The notes beneath the pieces are model-generated. The model saw only the letters and a list, made by a program, of their open reading frames with translations, was not told the origin of the DNA and did no database searches. The position numbers and the translations under genes were made by a program. A stretch of 64,000 bases of DNA from Desulfocapsa sp. Its GTDB lineage: Bacteria > Desulfobacterota > Desulfobulbia > Desulfobulbales > Desulfocapsaceae. Below are positions 6,303-16,264 of this stretch, one piece after another. The stretch is taken from NCBI GenBank assembly GCA_022712895.1, contig JAFLJS010000069.1, positions 35,034 through 99,033 of the forward strand, written 5' to 3'. Every line of letters begins with the position of its first letter. The first letter of the stretch is position 1.

Positions 6303-8810
6303 ATGCCCACAAACGTACCCCATCTTGTTGTAACAGAATTTGATCAAGTAGCTTTTACCGGAACAGGCGGTGGCCAGCCTCCCCACCGCCCTGTTAGGAT
6401 CCGAAATACACATAGCACCTTTTTGAGACAGCAGTTGAAACAGGCTTGGATCGATGCAGAAAATGATAGTGTAGTTTATCATTCCCAACGCAAAGGAGTT
6501 TATCTCGAATTTAAGGGGGAACAAGGCTACGAACTCGTTACCAAAAGTCTTGAAAATTTGCGAGGAGCCAATCAGGATAATTGGACCCGCCTTCTCAATG
6601 TCCGTAAAGAGAGGGTGCCAGTAGAAGGTGAAGTAGAGACAAAAGAGATTGTATTCGCAACCATCTACGTACCAAATTCTAAGAAAGAGCTGCTTTTAAA
6701 GCAAATTGAAAGGTACGCAGATGAGGACAGTCCCTCAGGTCAACCTAAAAATGCCAACTTACTCGAAAGTATTTCCAATATTCGTAAAGCCCTTGAGGTT
6801 GAATCATTCTGGCAGGATGCTGAAGATCTGATTCCGGAAGCTGAACCGGAGTGGTGTGAGGTCTGGCTCAGCTCTGACCGGGCTGAAGTGGTTCAGCGCT
6901 TCAAGGGTATGCTTGACCAACAACAGATAAGTTACAAATCTGGTGAGGTTCGTTTCCCCGAGCGGATAGTCAAAATTATTCATGCCGACCGCAGCCAATT
7001 GGAAACCATCACCAGGCTATCAGATGATATTGCCGAGTATCGGCGGGCCAAAGAGACCGCCGCATTCTGGCTAGACCAGGAAAATAAGGAACAGGCCGAA
7101 TGGGTAGCAGATATCCTTGAACGACTGGAAGCTCCACAGGATTCTGAGGTCGCTATTTGCATTTTGGATACCGGGGTGAATCACGGGCACCCTCTTCTTG
7201 CGCCATGCCTTAAGGGTGAGGATTGTCAAACAGTAGATCCTAACTGGGGCAGCGATGACCATGATAAACATGGCACCTTGATGGCGGGTGTTTCCGCCTA
7301 TGGAAATCTCCAGGAAGTTTTGGATCATAATGAGCTGATCCGTCTTCGACATTGCCTAGAGTCAGTCAAAATTTTACCACCGAATAGATCAACAGAACCT
7401 GAGTTATGGGGATATATAACATCTCAAGCTGTGTCCAAGGCTGTGATACAAGCTGCCGACATGAAACGTATAACCTGTATGGCAATAACTGCAAATGACA
7501 CTAGGGATAAGGGAAGACCTTCGTCTTGGTCTGCGGAACTGGATCAAATATGCTCAGGGGCTGAAGGCGACGAGGAGCAAAAACTCTTTATTGTTAGTGC
7601 GGGCAATTGCAATGAGACAAAAAGTTTGGAAGAGTGCAGTGATTATCCTGAAACACAGTTAGAGGAATCCATTCACGACCCAGCCCAATCCTGGAATGCC
7701 CTAACCGTAGGGGCATTTACCGAGCTTACCCATATCACAGACATTACTCTTGCGGGGTATGACCCAATAGCACCAATAGGTGGCCTCTCTCCTTTTTCTA
7801 CAACGTCTTTAACCTGGGATAATAAATGGCCAATTAAACCAGAAATTGTAATGGAGGGTGGTAATCTTGCAAAAAACACTTCCGGCTTTGTCACTGAGTG
7901 TGATGACCTTTCTTTGCTTTCCACCTTTTTCGATCCCCAGCAGGCCCACTTTTATCCTTTCAATATGACCAGCGCTGCTACAGCTCAAGCTGCATGGTTT
8001 GCAGCACAAATTCAAACAGAGTATCCAGATTATTGGCCAGAGACTATTCGTGGTCTCCTGGTTCATTCAGCTGAATGGACTGATGCATTAAAGAGGCGGT
8101 TTCTGCCTGATGAGACAAAAACTTCCTACAAAAGGTTAATCCGGATTTGCGGATACGGTGTACCCAACCTTGAGAAAGCACGTTTCTCTGCGAGTAATAA
8201 CCTTACTTTAATTGCCCAGTCTGATTTGCAGCCGTTCGACAAGAAAGATAGTGGCAGTGGCTACTGCACAAAAGACATGCATTTATATGAACTTCCATGG
8301 CCTAAAGAAGCCCTTCAGTCTCTTCCAGCCACAACTGAAGTTCAAATGAAAATTACACTCTCATATTTCATTGAGCCTGGGCCTGGTGAAATTGGTTGGC
8401 AGGATCGATACCGCTACCCATCACATGGATTGCGCTTTGACATCAATTCGCCCACGGAATCTAAAGACCAATTTCTCAGGCGAATCAATGTTGGAGCTAG
8501 GGACGAAGAAAACGGTCACCCTGGGACATCCAGCGCTTCAGATCATTGGATGCTTGGGCTAGTGCGTAATAAAGGATCTATTCATTCAGACACTTGGCAA
8601 GGATATGCCTCAGATCTGGCTATGTCGAATTTGATAGCTATTTATCCGACAATTGGCTGGTGGCGTGAACGAGCTCATCTTCAAAAATGGAACAAGAAAA
8701 CTCGTTATGGACTCATTGTCAGTATAACTACAGCTGACCAGAGTATCGATATTTATACACCGGTTGCTGTCCAACTAGGCATTCCGATTCCTGTGGAAAT
8801 AAATGTTTGA
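6303..8810 (+). CDS. ietS: S8 subtilisin-like serine protease, IetS-like
   Basis: Triad motifs ILDTG, HGTLMAG and MTSAA; GRPSSWSAELDQ, DPAQSWNALTVGA, IKPEIVMEGGN; 6-bp gap to the ATPase; no signal peptide. Confidence 0.85.
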   Translation: MPTNVPHLVVTEFDQVAFTGTGGGQPPHRPVRIRNTHSTFLRQQLKQAWIDAENDSVVYHSQRKGVYLEFKGEQGYELVTKSLENLRGANQDNWTRLLNVRKERVPVEGEVETKEIVFATIYVPNSKKELLLKQIERYADEDSPSGQPKNANLLESISNIRKALEVESFWQDAEDLIPEAEPEWCEVWLSSDRAEVVQRFKGMLDQQQISYKSGEVRFPERIVKIIHADRSQLETITRLSDDIAEYRRAKETAAFWLDQENKEQAEWVADILERLEAPQDSEVAICILDTGVNHGHPLLAPCLKGEDCQTVDPNWGSDDHDKHGTLMAGVSAYGNLQEVLDHNELIRLRHCLESVKILPPNRSTEPELWGYITSQAVSKAVIQAADMKRITCMAITANDTRDKGRPSSWSAELDQICSGAEGDEEQKLFIVSAGNCNETKSLEECSDYPETQLEESIHDPAQSWNALTVGAFTELTHITDITLAGYDPIAPIGGLSPFSTTSLTWDNKWPIKPEIVMEGGNLAKNTSGFVTECDDLSLLSTFFDPQQAHFYPFNMTSAATAQAAWFAAQIQTEYPDYWPETIRGLLVHSAEWTDALKRRFLPDETKTSYKRLIRICGYGVPNLEKARFSASNNLTLIAQSDLQPFDKKDSGSGYCTKDMHLYELPWPKEALQSLPATTEVQMKITLSYFIEPGPGEIGWQDRYRYPSHGLRFDINSPTESKDQFLRRINVGARDEENGHPGTSSASDHWMLGLVRNKGSIHSDTWQGYASDLAMSNLIAIYPTIGWWRERAHLQKWNKKTRYGLIVSITTADQSIDIYTPVAVQLGIPIPVEINV

Positions 8811-8854
8811 GTCGCATGACTTATCACAACCAGCTTTATGGTACGGGAAACACT

Positions 8855-9230
8855 ATGAACGCCGCAATTTACATAAAAAAACCCCACGAAGATGATAGTA
8901 AACAAGGACACTGGTTAACTGTCCAACGGGAACGGCTCCCCGAATACGCAAAAGAACAAAGCTGAAATACCACACATCTACGATGATGGCCACGCCTCAG
9001 CGACCAGGGTTAAGGCTGCAATTCCTGAACGCACAAAACTTAAAAATGATACCACGCAGGACTATATCGCATAGCTCACCCTCCGCCGATCACAACATAA
9101 AGGTCACAACTAGGCATTTAACGCCAGAAGATTCCTTGGCGGTACGACTCCCATAACTTACCGATACGACAAAGCGCTGCAAAAACCTGTGGTGAACCAG
9201 TTGCTCCTGGACGAGAAGAAAAGTCCGTGA
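8855..9230 (+). pseudogene. Shattered large serine recombinase (resolvase + recombinase domain) remnant
   Basis: Three collinear pieces: MNAAIYIKKPHEDDSKQGHWLTVQRERLPEYAKEQS* (8855-8965), IYDDGHASAT... (8976-9074) and RFLGGTTPITYRYDKALQKPVVN (9123-9230). They match AIY.R.S...Q..RL..YA, IY.D.G.S and GG..PYGY.YD...LV.N. Confidence 0.6.
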
Positions 9231-9295
9231 GAAAAGGTAGAAACCATCAGCACCAACAACACTCAACCTGTACGGGTAAACGAGTACGACTAAAA

Positions 9296-9865
9296 TTATT
9301 TTTTTGCAGGCGGAAAATCTTTTAAAATCGCTGTAACGGCTTCATTCATTTTTTTGGTGGTCTTCTCAGGACTTGATTCACCACTGATCATCTTACTGCC
9401 ACTTCCACGCCAAATTAACTTGTGCTTTACCGGATCAAGAATATCAATGATCAATGTTCCCACTTCGTATTCCCGCACTGTACTGGTGCGCATGGAGCTT
9501 CCAGCCCAGAATGGATCCCGGTATAAAGCGCCATAACCGTACGGACTGTAAAAATGGTCAATGGTATCAACCTGTAGCTTTTTTTCAATGCCACCATGCC
9601 AACTCACCTGAAAATCAGCTGGTTGCCCACTTGCTTTAACAAATCCACGAGCCGTAAGGGTGGATTCCACCGCACGGCGCACCCTGTCAACAATAAGATC
9701 GTTATTGATTCTGGTATCAGTGGAAGGCAATTTTCCATTATCGACCCAGCTATAGGTCCTGAGCTGAGTAAAATCGTAGATAGGATTAAAATCAGTATCC
9801 ACGCTGATAGTGGAGCAGGCTGTATTGATAAATAACAAAAGAAAAGCGAGTATACACTTTTTCAT
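9296..9865 (-). CDS. DUF4136-family lipoprotein
   Basis: Lipobox NTAC; DFNP.YDF..L.TY.W; YEVGTLIIDILD...LIWRG. Confidence 0.8.
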   Translation of the reverse strand: MKKCILAFLLLFINTACSTISVDTDFNPIYDFTQLRTYSWVDNGKLPSTDTRINNDLIVDRVRRAVESTLTARGFVKASGQPADFQVSWHGGIEKKLQVDTIDHFYSPYGYGALYRDPFWAGSSMRTSTVREYEVGTLIIDILDPVKHKLIWRGSGSKMISGESSPEKTTKKMNEAVTAILKDFPPAKK

Positions 9866-9876
9866 AACCGGAATCC

Positions 9877-10722
9877 CTATTGTTGTTTTTGACCACCAAA
9901 CAGCCCCTGCATCATTTGCATGGCCTGTTCCATCTGTTGCTGTTGCTCAGGAGTTATCTGCTCTTCAGCTTCCATCCGCTCTTGTTTTGCTTCGGATCGG
10001 AGTTTTTCGGCTCCCTCCGGATCCTTCAACATAGCAATAGTTTCTTGTGCCAGGCTACGTGCAATGGCATCGGATTGCGGATCAAGATATGGATCAATAC
10101 CTGCTGGCAACTTGAAATATTTATCAGCAACCTTTCCTTTTTTCACGGAAGTAGCTTCAATCTTCATGTTCATTCCCATCATATTACTTTCCACACGAAG
10201 CGGTATATCGGTACCGTGGATAGAATATGCGACTGTACCCATCATGTCTACCCGGTCACAGTTATAACCCAGGATTTTTTCAGCATTCTGCTGCACCTTA
10301 CCACCAAGCCCTTCAGCAACAGAGGATCCCATCTGCTCAACATTTTTATGAACCTGTTTCTTCTCCGCTTTAGAGAGTTTGTTGTACTCCTCAATCATAT
10401 ATTTTTCAGGATTCACGCTTTTACTGCCACTACGATTGGTAAGATCAAAACTGTATTCCCACTCAGGAGTTGTGATATCCACAGTTTCATTGACAATGGT
10501 CATGCCCATCATACTTGTTTTCGTGGTATGATAGCTAGCCACTTCACGCCCTGAATCACGTATATAAGTAGTCTCAGTTCCGTTTTCAACTCCGCTGATA
10601 GCGTATTCAATTGTTGCATTTTTAAATGGCAGTTTCATTTCCCAAGGGCTTTTACTTCCAGCCATCGCACTTACAGGGAAAACTAATAACAGTATACAAC
10701 TCAATAAAATCTTCTTGTTCAT
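9877..10722 (-). CDS. Exported hypothetical protein
   Basis: Long ORF; signal peptide from MNKKILLSC (10722); Met/Gln-rich tail. Confidence 0.7.
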   Translation of the reverse strand: MNKKILLSCILLLVFPVSAMAGSKSPWEMKLPFKNATIEYAISGVENGTETTYIRDSGREVASYHTTKTSMMGMTIVNETVDITTPEWEYSFDLTNRSGSKSVNPEKYMIEEYNKLSKAEKKQVHKNVEQMGSSVAEGLGGKVQQNAEKILGYNCDRVDMMGTVAYSIHGTDIPLRVESNMMGMNMKIEATSVKKGKVADKYFKLPAGIDPYLDPQSDAIARSLAQETIAMLKDPEGAEKLRSEAKQERMEAEEQITPEQQQQMEQAMQMMQGLFGGQKQQ

Positions 10723-10825
10723 GGACTCTCTCCAACCACTTTTTAGACCCAAGGTCATCTTTTTAAAACCAATATTTATGAATAATTTAGCAACTGTTGT
10801 CTATTTCTTCAATACTTTCCTGTTT

Positions 10826-11581
10826 TTATCCTTTTCGGTGGATGGCAAAAGGCCCCCAGGTCTGGCATACCGGCATTATCTCCAGCCTGTTAATATTGAC
10901 GTGGGCTGGTTGTGTTGCGATCCAATACACTGTCTTGGCAATATCTTCTGGTGTTAAAGGCTCCGTGCCCTCATAAACAGCGTCTGCTTTTTGCTGATCT
11001 CCCTGAAAACGTACCACTGAAAATTCAGATTCTGCGAGCCCCGGTTCAACATTTGAAACCCTTACTCCACTGCCATGAACATCTGCACGCAAGTTATTGG
11101 AAAACTGCTCCACAAAGGCTTTGGTGGCACCATAAGCGTTGGCTCCCGGATATGGCCAGGAGCCTGCGACGGACCCCATATTAATAATATGCCCCTGTCC
11201 ACGTTCCACCATGGATGGCAAAACGGCTCTGGTCATATACATAAGCCCTTTGATATTGGTATCAACCATCGTTTCCCAGTCGACAAGATCCGCTTCATAA
11301 GCAGGGGATAAACCGAGAGCGAGTCCCGCATTATTCAGTAACAGATCTATCTGAGCATGGGAACTGGGTAAACCAGCTATCAGTTGTTTCACCTCGCTTC
11401 CATTCCGAACATCACAAACTGCTGTATATACGGAAACATTTTTCAATTGTGCCTCAAGTTCCTGCAAACGCTCCTGCCGTCTGCCGCACAAGACAAGATT
11501 CCATCCATTTTTAGCCAACAATTCAGCGCAGGCCTTTCCAAAACCGGACGTGGCTCCTGTTATCAACGCAACTTTTGTCAT
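10826..11581 (-). CDS. SDR oxidoreductase, YdfG-like NADP-dependent 3-hydroxy acid dehydrogenase
   Basis: TGATSGFG, NNAGLALG, YGATK, HVNIN.LEIMP; GGAG SD before 11581. Confidence 0.85.
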   Translation of the reverse strand: MTKVALITGATSGFGKACAELLAKNGWNLVLCGRRQERLQELEAQLKNVSVYTAVCDVRNGSEVKQLIAGLPSSHAQIDLLLNNAGLALGLSPAYEADLVDWETMVDTNIKGLMYMTRAVLPSMVERGQGHIINMGSVAGSWPYPGANAYGATKAFVEQFSNNLRADVHGSGVRVSNVEPGLAESEFSVVRFQGDQQKADAVYEGTEPLTPEDIAKTVYWIATQPAHVNINRLEIMPVCQTWGPFAIHRKG

Positions 11582-11743
11582 TTGTTTTTCTCCGGAAAAA
11601 TGATGCTTTCGCAAGAATCTCAATTAGCAGATGGATTCGTATACGAGGCGTATGAATAGTATATCATTCCGATGTGCCAGAGGAGATCACAACTTATAGA
11701 ATATTTGCAGCAACGAAGTAAATAAAGAATTTTTCCGAAGCCA

Positions 11744-12361
11744 TCAAAAATAAGACGCCATAACTAAATCAGCACATTGATTGCCTAAATGGGCGAAATC
11801 ATAAACCAACTCTTTTTTGCGTATCCCATCAGCATCCACAAGGTTTGGGTAGATATTGATAAATGGAACCTGCAACTCCTCGCAATGTGCAGCATAGGCG
11901 GCATTCAGGAGTTCCGTATACGTTTTACGTTCTTCATCACTGGCAGTAAATGGATACTGCAAACCTTTTTTCCACTTCTCTGCATCAACTCCCAGGAAAT
12001 CTCCAGTGGGAACAACATTGAAGACATGTATTCGATAGCCTTGATTTCGCAATTTCGCAACATATGCAATATACTTTCTTGCAGTGACATCAATCAATCG
12101 TTCAATGGGTATTCCCAGCTGCTGATGCTTGTATTTGATATGGAGCCGTACATCCACTTCGCCGAAACAGAAGATCAGCTCTTTATCCTGTAGCGGAAAC
12201 AGGATACGCATGAGTTTTTTTTCGTGCCGCTCAATATTGAAGGCCGTTTTACCATCCAGCTTGTTATGACCTATAAGCACTCTGGAATCAGCAATTTGCG
12301 CATGGTTCTCAAAACATCGCCGTGAGTGGCTATCGCCTACTGCAAAAATTTTTCTGTACAT
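11744..12361 (-). CDS. SGNH/GDSL hydrolase-family protein
   Basis: Block I GDSH, FGEVD, C-terminal D..H (YDFAHL). Confidence 0.6.
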   Translation of the reverse strand: MYRKIFAVGDSHSRRCFENHAQIADSRVLIGHNKLDGKTAFNIERHEKKLMRILFPLQDKELIFCFGEVDVRLHIKYKHQQLGIPIERLIDVTARKYIAYVAKLRNQGYRIHVFNVVPTGDFLGVDAEKWKKGLQYPFTASDEERKTYTELLNAAYAAHCEELQVPFINIYPNLVDADGIRKKELVYDFAHLGNQCADLVMASYF

Positions 12362-12903
12362 GGAATATAGTGTATCCCTTCATATGACTCTTCACAATAA
12401 CAACATGACTCCCTGGCAAAAATGTTGTCGCCTACTCCTTCTGATTCACCTTTTCTCCAGGTGTGATGATTTCCCCATCCAGGATACAGTTGTTACAAGA
12501 GTCGATTGCTGAACAAACAAAAAGCACACAGGGACAAATGATCCAACTCTATATTGATACAAAGAGGATCTTTCGCGTTTTGAGTTTTCCGCTGACTTCA
12601 GGAACCTATTCGGGGGCTATATCAAGCTGCGGTACATGGTCTGCCGACGGGCGTAAGATGCGTCGCTGGACCAAACATTTAGTAAACCAAGGCTTGTTAC
12701 GATGGCAGGAGTTGGTGGCGTGAGTACAGAGGCCGGATTAGCCAATACGACGGCGACCCACAAAAGGGTAAATTACATGTGGATGTTTTTCACTTTGAGA
12801 GGACTGTTTCCATGCATGGTACAAAAGAAATACTTATCAATTAAATCTGACCTGACAGTTACAACCTGAAAACACTGTATCTGCCAGATCGTGAGACTAG
12901 AGG

Positions 12904-13395
12904 TTATTTGTAATTGGAGACATAATCTTTCATTTCAAAACTACCAAACATGTTTGATACCTGATGTCCTTCTTTGATCCAGTTGAGGATTCCGCCTTTC
13001 AGATTATAAACATTGGTATATCCGATATCTTTCAGGGCCTTGGTGGAAAGAGCTCCACGACCTCCTTTGAGGCAATAAATAACCAGAGTTGTGTCCAGCT
13101 CTTCAATTTTACGAGACATTGTTATCTCAAGAACTCCACGTGGAACTGTCATGTACTCATCTGCCTGAATTTTTATGGCTGCGACTTCCTTCGCTTCACG
13201 CACATCAACTAAAATAAAGTCATTATCATCTTTAATCCAAGTGGCAAGCGTTGCATGATCGATAGACTTTATCTCTGGCATGATAGCTTTAATGCTTTTC
13301 TTAAAACGTTGTTCTGGTGTTATTTTGTCCTCAGCAAAAGCTGGAGCTGCAAGAAGAGTGACGGCGACCAAGAAAACAATTACTTTTTGAAACAT
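12904..13395 (-). CDS. Exported rhodanese-like domain protein
   Basis: Signal peptide; LVDVRE, VPRGVLE, active-site loop YCLKGGRG, VYNLKGGI..W. Confidence 0.85.
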   Translation of the reverse strand: MFQKVIVFLVAVTLLAAPAFAEDKITPEQRFKKSIKAIMPEIKSIDHATLATWIKDDNDFILVDVREAKEVAAIKIQADEYMTVPRGVLEITMSRKIEELDTTLVIYCLKGGRGALSTKALKDIGYTNVYNLKGGILNWIKEGHQVSNMFGSFEMKDYVSNYK

Positions 13396-13428
13396 ACTGT
13401 TACCTCCCGAAAAGGTGTTAGGATGAAC

Positions 13429-13474
13429 CGGATCATAAACTCGGCTTGAAATATTTCAAAGCGGTTGTGATCCG
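13429..13474. promoter_or_regulatory. Long hairpin with a central perfect palindrome TTGAAATATTTCAA upstream of the rhodanese gene
   Basis: CGGATCA (13429-13435) pairs with TGATCCG (13468-13474); 14-bp palindrome at 13446-13459 resembles an FNR/CRP-type TTGA-N6-TCAA box. Confidence 0.45.
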
Positions 13475-13676
13475 TTAAATGAAGCCGATACATTTGGCCT
13501 CTGATTACTTGATTATGCTAGATGGCTCTTGTGTTGAATGAACGGGGATATTGAATTTTTCATTACCTCCTGCCTGCCCGAAAATGAGATTGCCATTACA
13601 TTTATGCATCTCTGCCTTCGTGACAGCCTTTAGGAAGAGACAATAAAAGATTAGGTGAAGTCCTAGATGCTCGGAG

Positions 13677-14690
13677 TCATAACTCCTGGATACATACCTC
13701 CTTGTTTATCATGGCACGAATAGTGCGATAGAGGACTATGGCTATAACGAGGCAAGTGAGTGCGAGCAGAAGTGCAGAGAGATATTTAAAAAAGATGATG
13801 CCGGTAAGTTTGTAGTACAGAACTGTGCTGATAGTGGCTGCTCCCAGAGGAAAGGTGTATGCCCACCAGGAAATAAAGAACGGCACTTTCCGAAACTGGT
13901 CTGTCATGGTGAGCAGTTGAAGCAGAGTAAATATCCCGAAATAATAAAGTACCCTGCTGAAGTTATCGAAACCGCCAGTGAGCGCAGTATAGGATACAAA
14001 GCCAATGGCAGGTGGTGCGATCAGTATGAAAAGAGTGGGTAACAGCTTGCTGGGAATAGGATGATTAAAGATCATACGGTTGATGACTATGGTGAAAAGT
14101 ACTATCCAGTAGATTATGCCTATACTGAAGAAAAACCAGGATATCTCTGGTGATGCGTGGACGACGCCTGATATGGGAACCAGGATTGTTCCCACAACAG
14201 GGATGAACCACGCAGGATTGATCATCTTTATATCAAACTCTTTATGAAACCAGACAGATATTATTTTCAGCAGTAAAAACAAATGAATAGGTGTTGCGAC
14301 ATACCAGAGCACGGCGGATATCTCTTTATTTATGTCGAGATAACCTATGGAAAGCAGTAAAAGGCTTATGGTATATGCCGGGAAGAAGTTCATCCGAACA
14401 GGATGCTTGAATTCCATCACGACTTCGTCGGGGTAGCGAATAAATTTTAATACATAAAAAATAGTAAGAGTGATGAATAGGAGAGTGACTGCGTAGAGAA
14501 GGTAAACGCCTGCACCGAACAGATTGACCTCTATAATAGCCTCAAAACGCATAAGAGCGATGGCAAATCCACAAAGCCCCATGACCGATCCAAAAAGGGT
14601 GATGGGCAAAAATTTCAGGCGGGAGAGTTCAGCATTTGTTTCTTTAGTACTCACAGTTATTCCTTTTGCTTTTGGACGGTTCCGAGGCAA
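13677..14690 (-). CDS. SLAC1/TDT (TehA-like) anion channel
   Basis: About 10 TM helices; F..VMGL.G, HPVR.NFFPA..I, PAWFIP.VG, LFIL.APPA, WWAYTFPL. Start may be GTG at 14654. Confidence 0.9.
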   Translation of the reverse strand: MPRNRPKAKGITVSTKETNAELSRLKFLPITLFGSVMGLCGFAIALMRFEAIIEVNLFGAGVYLLYAVTLLFITLTIFYVLKFIRYPDEVVMEFKHPVRMNFFPAYTISLLLLSIGYLDINKEISAVLWYVATPIHLFLLLKIISVWFHKEFDIKMINPAWFIPVVGTILVPISGVVHASPEISWFFFSIGIIYWIVLFTIVINRMIFNHPIPSKLLPTLFILIAPPAIGFVSYTALTGGFDNFSRVLYYFGIFTLLQLLTMTDQFRKVPFFISWWAYTFPLGAATISTVLYYKLTGIIFFKYLSALLLALTCLVIAIVLYRTIRAMINKEVCIQEL

Positions 14691-14789
14691 ATATCCTCAG
14701 AGGTATCTCGTGGGGAAAAAACAATATTATCATCGCCTCAAGGTCGTCGACCTGTAAAGCGATTACATACCACTCCAATAGCCGCCCAA

Positions 14790-15437
14790 TTAGGCAACGC
14801 TTGCAACTTTCTGGGCTAAACGTTTGGTCAACAGTTGTCCCAATTCTTGTGCTTCAATAATTTTTTCCGCTTGTTTTGACAGATCTGGGATAATATCGTC
14901 GGTAATCTTCGTTCCGGGCCCGTACATCATCTGAACTGCGCCAACATCGCACCCTTCTCCATGGCCGCAGGTAAAACATGATGCTGCTCCATGCACTGCA
15001 ATGGTCCCCACATGGTCTATCTGATAGTAACTGAAAATCGTTTCGATCTGCTGCCCTGGAATTTCAGGCTGGACCCCACCAGTGCTGACAACAACCCCTA
15101 ACTTTCCGGCCAAGATCCTGCACGACTGGTGCCTAAACTGACAAAATCGCTCTAGAAAATTATGCGTGATGCCGTTTAACATGGAAAAATAATTCGGTGC
15201 CCCGATAATAAACGCATCAGCGGCAACAATTTTTTCCCGCAAAGTGACCATGTCATCCTTTATCTTACATACGTTATCTGTGACACAGCCCAGACATGCG
15301 TTGCATGGTGAAATTTTTAAGGGCGCCAAGCGAATAAACTCAGTTTCGCAACCCTCTACTCCTTTGAGTACTTCTTCGATAACTCTATCCGTCGTTTTAC
15401 CCTTTCTCGGACTTCCCGAAATAGCAAGAACCTTCAT
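14790..15437 (-). CDS. Flavodoxin-fold NADPH-dependent FMN reductase / iron-sulfur flavoprotein family
   Basis: ISGSPRKG.T, CNACLGC...NVC (Cx2Cx2Cx5C), IGAPNYF. Confidence 0.85.
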   Translation of the reverse strand: MKVLAISGSPRKGKTTDRVIEEVLKGVEGCETEFIRLAPLKISPCNACLGCVTDNVCKIKDDMVTLREKIVAADAFIIGAPNYFSMLNGITHNFLERFCQFRHQSCRILAGKLGVVVSTGGVQPEIPGQQIETIFSYYQIDHVGTIAVHGAASCFTCGHGEGCDVGAVQMMYGPGTKITDDIIPDLSKQAEKIIEAQELGQLLTKRLAQKVASVA

Positions 15438-15449
15438 AACTTATCTCCG

Positions 15450-15469
15450 TGTACCGACCGGACGGTACA
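15450..15469. promoter_or_regulatory. TetR-type operator upstream of the flavoprotein gene
   Basis: TGTACCGACCGGACGGTACA, a 20-bp palindrome with one mismatched pair, 13-32 bp before the start. Confidence 0.65.
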
Positions 15470-15679
15470 TTTTTTTAAATTCTTATAATGTTTTCTATCT
15501 GTTTTTTACATTGAATCAATAATATCTCATTATTGAGCAGCTAAGTAACCGCTGCTGATGCTTCTCACAGGAGAACGTGGCGGAACCATAAACAAGAACA
15601 TTGATATCAGTAGGTCTATTTGATGATTTGTTTCGAACCTCTCCTGTCGAACGCTCGCTCTATTTTATGGTAATTTCAT

Positions 15680-16246
15680 TTACCGAGAAACAGAGCGCCA
15701 TGCGCACTGCCAACATTCATCCAGGCATTCAGCTAACTCTCTTCCCAACACGCCATCCAAATGGAGATGAATGAGCCGGATAGCACCGCCAAAAACACTT
15801 GTTGCTGCAATATCCGGGTCAAGTTGACGAATCTCGCCATTTTCCATGCCCTGAACGACCATATCTTTCATTAATTCAAACGGACGGGAAGAGCAGACCG
15901 GTTTTTGATCCGGCAGGAATTCTTTATGTTTGGCATACAATATGTAGTTCATGGTCTGGGGACTATCTTCTGTTATTTTAAAAATGTAAGATATCACTTC
16001 TCGACAACGATCATGAGCAGTGGAGTAATTCACCATGATATCACTCATAGCTTTAGCCATTGTGTCTGCCAGGTCATCAAAAAGGGCTTTGGCTATGGCT
16101 TCTTTGTTTTTAAAATGATGGTATATAGATCCGATACTGACATTGGCCTGTTTTTGGATATCGTGAACCGAGGTATTAAAATATCCACGCTTGGTAAAAA
16201 GCTCCAATGCCGTATCAAGAATTAACTGATGCTTATTAGATGTCAT
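15680..16246 (-). CDS. TetR/AcrR-family transcriptional regulator
   Basis: ILDTALELF...GYFNTSV.DI...A.VSIGSIYHHFKNKE; GGAG SD before ATG 16246. Confidence 0.92.
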   Translation of the reverse strand: MTSNKHQLILDTALELFTKRGYFNTSVHDIQKQANVSIGSIYHHFKNKEAIAKALFDDLADTMAKAMSDIMVNYSTAHDRCREVISYIFKITEDSPQTMNYILYAKHKEFLPDQKPVCSSRPFELMKDMVVQGMENGEIRQLDPDIAATSVFGGAIRLIHLHLDGVLGRELAECLDECWQCAWRSVSR

Positions 16247-16264
16247 ATTGTCCCTACTCCTCAT

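Noticed and set aside
12400-12900. ORF 12463-12723 or a pseudogene in this gap
   Set aside because: Several frames give protein-like stretches broken by stops, but I could not match any to a family; left unassigned.
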